DNA from: Candidatus Woesearchaeota archaeon
Lineage (GTDB): Archaea > Nanobdellota > Nanobdellia > Pacearchaeales > GW2011-AR1
Assembly (NCBI GenBank): GCA_964554415.1
Contig: CAZKON010000005.1
Coordinates: forward strand, 1 to 32,000
DNA length: 32,000 nucleotides
Direction of reading: 5' to 3'
Position 1 is the stretch's first letter, and every line of letters begins with the position of its first letter. The position numbers and the translations under genes are program-made. This document shows, in pieces, positions 16,976-23,211 of the stretch. The notes beneath the pieces are model-generated. The model worked only from the letters and a program-made list of their open reading frames with translations. It did not search any database and was not told the DNA's origin.

Positions 16976-17451
16976 CTCAAGAATGCAATAGTTATCATTC
17001 TTAAGATATTGAAGACTTTGAAAAACCCCTATAGAGAGCTTTGAATAACCCTCCAATTTCGATGTCCCTCGAGGGTCGTCAGAAATCCATGATTTCTGAG
17101 CGCCTCGAGACACCAAGAACTTCTGTTCTTGGATGCATTCAAAAATCAAAGATTTTTGATGATCGGAGATTCTCTTAGTTTCAAAGCGGTTCGATAGAGG
17201 ACTTTGGGGTTTTTCAAAGTCCTCTATAATATAAAAAAACGATGCGCCCTCCGCACCTTAAAACGTTAGAAACTGAAAGTTTCTGAGCGCCTCGAGAATC
17301 GGAGAGTTTCTCAGCCTCGAGAACTACTGTTCTCTACGGCCGTCAAAAACCTCTGGTTTTTGAGGGATGCGGTTTGGGGAGGCGCTCGTTTCATCAGGAA
17401 TTCTGTGAATTCCTGAATGCCATCGAGAATGCGAACGCAGAGCATTCTCGA
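16976..17451. repeat. Dense array of at least 11 short hairpin modules
   Basis: Stems read directly at 16976-17005, 17079-17099, 17113-17132, 17139-17159, 17194-17227, 17266-17286, 17319-17334, 17343-17363, 17394-17416 and 17423-17451. Confidence 0.85.
17030..17227. mobile_element. MITE-like element, copy 1 (imperfect 16-nt inverted termini TATAGAGRRCTTTGAA)
   Basis: The left end TATAGAGAGCTTTGAA and the reverse complement of the right end TATAGAGGACTTTGAA match at 14 of 16 positions. The first ~81 nt are nearly identical to 20026-20106. Confidence 0.45.
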
Positions 17452-17477
17452 GGTTTTGATGTTCAATGTTATATCTT

Positions 17478-17864
17478 TTAAGAAGATACTTTTGGCGTAC
17501 AATCCTGCGGACAATTAAAACTATGTTCTTTTTGTCCGCAGATACCATCACCGCACTTAATACATACACTATCATAAAACATATCTGGTAATCGAACGGA
17601 CCCATCTCCAATGATTTTATATTGTTTTTCTAAAGCATCCTCAACTGCAGTGAGTCCTGTGCAGCAAGGGACATCCTTTACTATTTCTGGAGGAGATACA
17701 CCTTTATAAATTAAATTTTTTTCTCCTTCTTTGGCGCATAATGATGTTTTATTACTTAATGGAAGAGGTTGCGGAAAATTACGATTATCAAAAAATAAAT
17801 ACACACCAACTATAATAAGGACGATAATAAGTGTAAACGATAGAACTACTAATTTATTATTCAT
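17478..17864 (-). CDS. Signal-anchored Cys-rich small protein (128 aa)
   Basis: I moved the start to ATG 17864, which overlaps the upstream stop as ATGA. N-terminal TM LVVLSFTLIIVLIIVGVYLFF. C-terminal motif CIKCGDGICGQKEHSFNCPQDC. Confidence 0.65.
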   Translation of the reverse strand: MNNKLVVLSFTLIIVLIIVGVYLFFDNRNFPQPLPLSNKTSLCAKEGEKNLIYKGVSPPEIVKDVPCCTGLTAVEDALEKQYKIIGDGSVRLPDMFYDSVCIKCGDGICGQKEHSFNCPQDCTPKVSS

Positions 17865-18526
17865 TTTTCTTCCTCTGCAATGCACCGTCCATCTTCGCAG
17901 AGGCATTCTATTTTTTCTGCTGCCACTCCATTTTCATCGCAGTAGTATTCAAATAAAGTATCAGAAGATAAATCTGTTCTTTGTATTGGTATGAACCTAT
18001 TCACAAAACTGAAAGGATACCAACAGAAATCAGCAAGAGTCTTTCTTCCTCCTTTGATAAGAAGCTTCCCCTTTTTATCATACTTTAGCCCACCATCAGT
18101 ATCTGTACAGAGGAAAGCCTCCTTATTCCATAATGAAACAAACACTTGAGGAGTATATCCTACAACCTCTCGTGCAAGAATGACATCAACTTGAAGAATG
18201 ATGCCCTCGTTTACATCACTTATTTTATAAGATGAACCCTCATACATTGTATCTGTAACAAACTCATTCCCTTCTTCATCTCTAATTTTAATCTTAGTCT
18301 TCTTTGAATCAACGTACTCTACAGACACAATAAAATTTTGGTTCTGGACAGTTATTTCTTGAGAATATCCTTCAGAAAGCACTATTCTCGTTGGGGCAGG
18401 ACCAGAAGTATCATTTCTCGAAATTACATTTCCAGTTAGTTTTGGTTTGAGAAGAAAGAGAGAAACTCCAATGAGCAGCACAAGAATTATAAAGAAATGG
18501 ATTTTTCTACCTTTACTTTTTCTCAT
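17861..18526 (-). CDS. Signal-anchored secreted protein (221 aa) with a Cys-rich C-terminal domain (CTDTDGG...EYYC...C.C)
   Basis: The minus-strand TATA (plus 18547-18559) lies about 27 nt from ATG 18526. Hydrophobic N-terminus FFIILVLLIGVSLFLL. Confidence 0.7.
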   Translation of the reverse strand: MRKSKGRKIHFFIILVLLIGVSLFLLKPKLTGNVISRNDTSGPAPTRIVLSEGYSQEITVQNQNFIVSVEYVDSKKTKIKIRDEEGNEFVTDTMYEGSSYKISDVNEGIILQVDVILAREVVGYTPQVFVSLWNKEAFLCTDTDGGLKYDKKGKLLIKGGRKTLADFCWYPFSFVNRFIPIQRTDLSSDTLFEYYCDENGVAAEKIECLCEDGRCIAEEEK

Positions 18527-18731
18527 GATAACGTTAAGTATATCTATCTTTTTATATGTTTGTTTTTTCTCTAAATTATAGCCAAGAAATTTAATAATTG
18601 AATAGTTAGTCGTTAGCTATAGCATGATAGCGTATGCTTAAAAATCACCTTCGTTTTTAATAGAAAAACATTTGGCTCACCTATAGAAAGTTGAAATTCA
18701 ATCCGAAGGTTGAAACCTTTAAGGGTTTCTT

Positions 18732-19325
18732 TCAACTACTTGTCATAAAATCAATGCTTTTGTTGTGATGTACCGCTATAAACGCAATAAGTCCGCATAA
18801 TAAAAAAAACATCATCGCCAAGTTAATGATAACAGGCATATCTAAGCGTAAGATTGAAGTACCACTCTCTGCGCGTACACTTTCCAGAAGCCCATTATTC
18901 CTCAGAGCATTCTCTGAAACATTTACGACAATCCAGGTTCCAATTCCACCTATACTCTGGGCAGGTTGCATCAAAAGCACCCCTCTATAAATCCCGGATT
19001 CTTTACTGACAACACAAAAAGGTATAGAAAAACTTCCAGCATTTACCCATACTATCTCAGGATGCTCAACAATTAAACCAACATCGCGAGCTGAAAAAAA
19101 ATAATCTTCCAGATTTCTGCTTGGATTAGCTGACCAAGCGCTTTGCAAAAGAAGTGCATCACTGCCATATACAGAAACATCAAAAGCAGTACAATTTGGG
19201 GTTCCGGCAGTATTCTGCAAAAATATATCTGGAGGAGCGCTAATTTCAATAGCGCAAGCAGGAGGTACAAAGAATAAAGCACAAATCAAAAAGAATAATC
19301 TGATTACACTTTTGTCCGAAGCCAT
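18732..19325 (-). CDS. Secreted protein with a C-terminal TM anchor (197 aa)
   Basis: Signal peptide ending PPACA-IE. C-terminal hydrophobic segment INLAMMFFLLCGLIAFIAV. Lies 6 nt downstream of the preceding gene. Confidence 0.7.
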   Translation of the reverse strand: MASDKSVIRLFFLICALFFVPPACAIEISAPPDIFLQNTAGTPNCTAFDVSVYGSDALLLQSAWSANPSRNLEDYFFSARDVGLIVEHPEIVWVNAGSFSIPFCVVSKESGIYRGVLLMQPAQSIGGIGTWIVVNVSENALRNNGLLESVRAESGTSILRLDMPVIINLAMMFFLLCGLIAFIAVHHNKSIDFMTSS

Positions 19326-19331
19326 AATAAT

Positions 19332-19784
19332 TTACACAGCAGTCGCCCAGAACACGACAGTCGCACGATGGTTGGGAATATTCTGGGGTATGCTATCAGT
19401 ATACTGACGCAAATCTAATTGCGCGTAGAAGTAATCATCTTCACTCTGCCCAATGGCACGAGGACGTGGGATATTCATTTTGAATGTCCCTATTGGCTTG
19501 AATTCTTCAGTAGTCCGTCTGGCGAGAATTAAATTAGAAAAAATTTTATCCTGTGTTTCTAGCCGTGGAATAAATTGAACAGCAGTCGTGCCGGTATTAT
19601 TGACAACTATCTTAACCCTTTCAGAAACAAATCCGGGGCTTACCCTGCCAAAAGAAACCATCTCTGGAACTTGCACGCGCACAACCGGCGCAAGTACATT
19701 CGCATCTACAATCATGCGCTCGCTTTGTTCAGCAGCAGCGAAAGGCACTAAGAAAAAAATAAATGCAAGCAACCAATATCTCAT
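19332..19784 (-). CDS. Small secreted beta-rich protein (150 aa)
   Basis: I moved the start to ATG 19784. The minus-strand TATA (plus TATTTAAA, 19806-19813) is 26 nt away. Signal MRYWLLAFIFFLVPFAAA-EQ. Confidence 0.7.
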   Translation of the reverse strand: MRYWLLAFIFFLVPFAAAEQSERMIVDANVLAPVVRVQVPEMVSFGRVSPGFVSERVKIVVNNTGTTAVQFIPRLETQDKIFSNLILARRTTEEFKPIGTFKMNIPRPRAIGQSEDDYFYAQLDLRQYTDSIPQNIPNHRATVVFWATAV

Positions 19785-19939
19785 TATATACAAAAGCAGT
19801 AAATATATTTAAATCTTCGTATATAAATTATATACGAGCTTAATCCATTATACCCTCTCGTTCCTCTCTTGCTGCGGAGTTCCTCGGCTAAAGAGCTGCG
19901 GACTTCCTCGCTGCGGAGTCGCTGCGCTAACTCGCCACA

Positions 19940-20010
19940 TGGCCCTGCCCAGAATCGAACTGGGGCTTCGTCCACGTCAAGGATGCGTTCTACCATTAGA
20001 CTACAGGGCC
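19940..20010 (-). tRNA. tRNA-Val (anticodon GAC)
   Basis: Acceptor GGCCCTG/CAGGGCC, T arm CCCAG-TTCGATT-CTGGG, anticodon loop TTGACGT. My hand fold leaves one A.C pair in the anticodon stem and one C.A pair in the D stem. Confidence 0.8.
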
Positions 20011-20025
20011 TTCTTTCTGCAAGCG

Positions 20026-20257
20026 TATAGAGAGCTTTGAATAACCCTCCAATTTCGATGTCCCTCGAGGCTCGTCAGAAATCATGGATTTCTGAGCGCC
20101 TCGAGAATCGGAGATTCTCTTAGTGTCAAGAACCACCCACTGAAGTAGGTGGCGTGTTGTGGTTCTTGAGCACAGTCAAGAATTACGTTTGCGCAATCCC
20201 CCTACTTTAGTTTGTGGTTAAGCAAACGTAATTCTTGATGTTTCAAAGTCCTCTATA
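20026..20257. mobile_element. MITE-like element, copy 2 (same termini as 17030-17227, different internal hairpin cargo)
   Basis: Left end identical to copy 1 for 45 nt. Right end TTCAAAGTCCTCTATA. Interior holds hairpins at 20075-20095 and 20126-20169, and a 17-bp stem at 20176-20192/20222-20238. Confidence 0.45.
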
Positions 20258-20307
20258 ACTATATAGCTAACGACATTAAAATCTGATTGTTTTGTCGTTA
20301 GCTATCA

Positions 20308-20497
20308 AGTGAAAGACGTACAATATTGTTTATTACATTTTGAGTTGAATACTCCGCAGCTTGCTGCTGCTCAAAATGTAATTAGAGAATTCCGTCTTGA
20401 ACCGAGTGCAATACCCCGCAGCTTGCTGCGGAGAGAGCGAAGCGAACGATGGGATGCACGAGGTTAGGAATTCTCTTTATTACTTACGTCTTTCACT
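20308..20497. ncRNA. Candidate structured element or RNA (multi-stem, about 190 nt), strand unresolved
   Basis: Five nested perfect stems. P1 is 20308-20320/20485-20497 (13 bp). P2 is 20332-20344/20370-20382 (13 bp). P3 is 20384-20393/20467-20476 (10 bp). P4 is 20400-20410/20455-20465 with a tandem G.A/A.G. P5 is 20416-20421/20426-20431. Confidence 0.3.
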
Positions 20498-20530
20498 ATA
20501 TATAAGTCTTTTTCTTGAGGCTGAAATAAG

Positions 20531-22081
20531 CTAATCCATGCGTAAAACTAAAGTTCCCTTCCTCACAAGTTTTTTCATCTCAGTTTCAGTTAATTTATAG
20601 GGAGAATGTAATAAAGGCCTGAATTCGATAAAATATGGAGACCCTTTGTTATAATCCGCACATTCTGCCATGCCCAAGCCAGTAGGTAATTTAGCGATGA
20701 GATTGCTGATAACTGCTCCATGTCTTTCTCTTACACGTTTGATATCACCTTCATATCTCGTATGCACCTGTATCTCCGTGCCTATGTTTCCTCTGATAGC
20801 TCCTTTAAAGTCAGTCAGTACCTGTGAAATCATCAGCAATCCAATGCCCCACTTCCTGAATTCACGCACAGCCTGCTCAAGTTTTGTGTATGCCTTTCTA
20901 CCTCCATACTTCGGCAGCAGTCTGTGAACTTCGTCAAGTACAAGCAAGGATTGCAATGAGCCTGATTCTGGCAAGTTAGCACTATAAATCTGACTTAAAG
21001 CAGCATCAATAAATTCATCAACTTTACGGGGAGTCAGCTTATCAAGGCGGAACACAGTCATGCCTTTCATGAAAAGATAATGTATAATGTCAACATGCAT
21101 TGTTGCATCAGTAATTTCAATAACATATGGATTAAACGCTTGAGGAAGTCCAAGACCAAATTTATTATATTTCTTGCGCATACGTTCATCTGTATTCTTC
21201 TTAGCAAATCCCGACCATTGCCCAATCGGATCAAAGACAATAACAGGCAAGCTGCGTTTCAATAATTCTTCAGCAATAACCATCCCTGTAATTGTCTTCC
21301 CGCTTCCAGTACCTCCGGCAATCAAAGTGTGTCTGTTCAATTGCGTATGATCCAGATACGCTTTCTCATCGCTGTCAGCAACAATTCCAACGTATGCATA
21401 TTTTGATTGTGGAAGCGTAAAAAAGTCAGGGAAAGGATACTGGCTGTTTTTCTGTCTCTCTTCGTATTTTTTCTTAAGCAAGCCTTTTCTAAGCCAAAAA
21501 ACATAGTAAACTCCGGCGAATATAACAAAAGAAGCAGCAGCAATGCTAAGAAAGAAAGAAAGATGTTCCTGCAGCCATGGCGTTGCAATCATACGCTCAA
21601 TAGTAATAGGATAAGATATTATAACAGAATTTTGAGAAGTGCTTATATTGACTAAAAAAACATAATTCCCCTCTGGAACAACATCTGGCAATCCCAAACG
21701 GCTTGTTAAAATAAAAGACTCATTCTTGTCAACTCTCTCATCTTTCCGTAGAAAGCTCTGGTTGCTATTCGCGTTAACAATTTCATAAATAAAGATAAAA
21801 GGCTCAGTATTTTCCTGATTCGCACGTGTTACATTAACGCTAAAAAGAATAGCCCTGCCAGGAGAAACTTGAGAGCCGCGGGCAACCTGTAAAGAAACAT
21901 TTGCCAGTACACCTCCCTCCGCATTAGTCAGCACTCCAGTCAAAGAAGATTGAGATTTTGGCTCCAGTGGAAATGATACACGTCCGAATGCTCCAATAAT
22001 TGATGAATTGTACACCCACGCAATAATAAGAATACCTAATATCAAAGTGAAAACAAAAAAAATGATTTTATTTTTTGGCAC
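20531..22081 (-). CDS. Membrane-anchored HerA/FtsK/VirB4-like P-loop ATPase (DUF87-type), 516 aa
   Basis: Walker A IAGGTGSGKT, Walker B LLVLDEVH, RKWGIGLLMISQ block. Two TM segments (residues ~5-25 and ~175-197) flank a predicted external domain of about 150 aa. GTG start preceded by GGTGAG. Confidence 0.85.
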   Translation of the reverse strand: MPKNKIIFFVFTLILGILIIAWVYNSSIIGAFGRVSFPLEPKSQSSLTGVLTNAEGGVLANVSLQVARGSQVSPGRAILFSVNVTRANQENTEPFIFIYEIVNANSNQSFLRKDERVDKNESFILTSRLGLPDVVPEGNYVFLVNISTSQNSVIISYPITIERMIATPWLQEHLSFFLSIAAASFVIFAGVYYVFWLRKGLLKKKYEERQKNSQYPFPDFFTLPQSKYAYVGIVADSDEKAYLDHTQLNRHTLIAGGTGSGKTITGMVIAEELLKRSLPVIVFDPIGQWSGFAKKNTDERMRKKYNKFGLGLPQAFNPYVIEITDATMHVDIIHYLFMKGMTVFRLDKLTPRKVDEFIDAALSQIYSANLPESGSLQSLLVLDEVHRLLPKYGGRKAYTKLEQAVREFRKWGIGLLMISQVLTDFKGAIRGNIGTEIQVHTRYEGDIKRVRERHGAVISNLIAKLPTGLGMAECADYNKGSPYFIEFRPLLHSPYKLTETEMKKLVRKGTLVLRMD

Positions 22082-22111
22082 GTTTAGCTCACCATATCCA
22101 AAAGTCCCGTC

Positions 22112-22125
22112 ACGTTTATAAACGT
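22112..22125. promoter_or_regulatory. Perfectly palindromic TATA element ACGTTTATAAACGT between divergent tRNA-Thr and the ATPase gene
   Basis: The centre is 27-28 nt from the tRNA 5' end (22146) and about 37 nt from GTG 22081. Confidence 0.5.
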
Positions 22126-22145
22126 TCCTTGCTCTCCACGATTAA

Positions 22146-22219
22146 GCCTCTATAGCTCAGTCGGATAGAGCATCAGTTTTGTAAACTGAGGGTCGGGGGT
22201 TCGAATCCCCCTAGAGGCT
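22146..22219 (+). tRNA. tRNA-Thr (anticodon TGT)
   Basis: Fully paired cloverleaf: GCCTCTA/TAGAGGC, D arm GCTC/GAGC, anticodon arm TCAGT-TTTGTAA-ACTGA, T arm GGGGG-TTCGAAT-CCCCC. Confidence 0.95.
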
Positions 22220-22548
22220 TACTCAAACTCTTTCTCCACAAACCTCCCCGCCTTCTTTACCTCTCGTTCAGCCAACCTTACTTCTTTTCTGACAGTACGC
22301 TCAACAACACGCGCTTCTTGCTTTATCTTTCTCAGCAATCGCTGCGCCCAGACAAACTCTCCTCCAAGAATGCTCAATCCAATAATTATAGTAAGCCATC
22401 CGGGTCCAGGAATAATCAGCAAAGCAAGACCTATAAGAAGAATCGTTGCTCCAACAACAGCAATTATAATTTTCCATATGTGCTCTATAGATAAACGCAC
22501 TGCTAAAGGCACTACTTTAGTCTTTGGATAATCTGTTGAAATTCTCAT
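22219..22548 (-). CDS. PGPGW-motif small membrane protein
   Basis: LIIPGPGWLTIIIGLSILGGEFVW matches the PGPGW transmembrane family pattern. ATGA overlap with the upstream gene. Confidence 0.7.
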   Translation of the reverse strand: MRISTDYPKTKVVPLAVRLSIEHIWKIIIAVVGATILLIGLALLIIPGPGWLTIIIGLSILGGEFVWAQRLLRKIKQEARVVERTVRKEVRLAEREVKKAGRFVEKEFE

Positions 22549-23108
22549 AGTTCATCAGCATAACGCGCCTTGCCGCTTGAAACAAGAAGCGATGAGACTT
22601 CAAAATCCAAATGAGCCAGTTCGCCCTCATTAAAAGGTCCAACCACATTTCCCCCCATATCAACAAATTGTTCAGTGTTTTGGATAAAAATAATCATACT
22701 CTGTTTCTGCTCTGCCTTTCCAAGTTGTTTGTCGCCATGAAGCAGTCTGGCCAATTCGCGGTCTCCTTCCTCAAACGTCTTGGTTAATGTGTCAAAAGTT
22801 TTTCGCTCGAAAGGCAACATATATTCATAATCTCGCTTCATAATGCCCGTCTCGCTTGCAACAAACATTAAGTTCAAGAGTTTCTTCTTCCGGCGCAGAA
22901 TAAGTTCCTTAAAGAGAGAAATAGAATTCTCAAGCTGCTTCTTAGATGTCCCTATATTATCAAGAAGGGGCGAGTCATCAGCAGGAGTTTGTACTCTTTG
23001 TTCTTGTAAAAAAGCCGCAACATCTGCGATAATTGTGTTTGGTAGCTGCTGTAAGGTCTCAGAGTACTTCTCACGTCTTAATATCTCATAAAGCTCTGAA
23101 TAATTCAT
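22545..23108 (-). CDS. GINS complex subunit Gins51-like
   Basis: N-terminal helical A-domain (YSELYEILRREKYSETLQQLP) and C-terminal B-domain (FVDMGGNVVGPFNEGELAHL...LLVSSGKA). I moved the start to ATG 23108, 26 nt from the minus-strand TATA (plus 23128-23138). Confidence 0.7.
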   Translation of the reverse strand: MNYSELYEILRREKYSETLQQLPNTIIADVAAFLQEQRVQTPADDSPLLDNIGTSKKQLENSISLFKELILRRKKKLLNLMFVASETGIMKRDYEYMLPFERKTFDTLTKTFEEGDRELARLLHGDKQLGKAEQKQSMIIFIQNTEQFVDMGGNVVGPFNEGELAHLDFEVSSLLVSSGKARYADEL

Positions 23109-23180
23109 CTCATAAAAACGCAAAAAAGCTATATAAAGATATAGCTAAAAGAAAACAGAAGGTACTTCCGACACTCATCA

Positions 23181-23192
23181 GATTTATAAATC
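23181..23192 (+). promoter_or_regulatory. Palindromic TATA box GATTTATAAATC for ftsY
   Basis: The centre is 26 nt upstream of ATG 23212. Confidence 0.55.
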
Positions 23193-23211
23193 TCCTCCCT
23201 CTGTTTCTGGC

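Noticed and set aside
16910-17611. ORFs 16910..17149, 17311..17514 and 17324..17611 in the spacer
   Set aside because: They run through the palindromic hairpin array. No promoter or start context is present, and they partly overlap the better-supported 17478..17864 gene.
18689-18745. GTTGAAA-containing repeats resembling a CRISPR repeat core
   Set aside because: Only two or three irregular copies are present, and they form a local hairpin at the gene 3' end. There is no regular repeat-spacer periodicity anywhere in the window and no cas genes.
19784-19996. 70-aa minus-strand ORF
   Set aside because: It overlaps tRNA-Val and is generated by the GCTGCGGAG repeats.
20290-20500. SRP (7S) RNA or RNase P RNA, prompted by the nearby SRP genes
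   Set aside because: I could not find the conserved helix-8 or GGAA-type SRP motifs, nor the RNase P core motifs. The region is also shorter than either RNA. I kept it only as an unclassified structured candidate.
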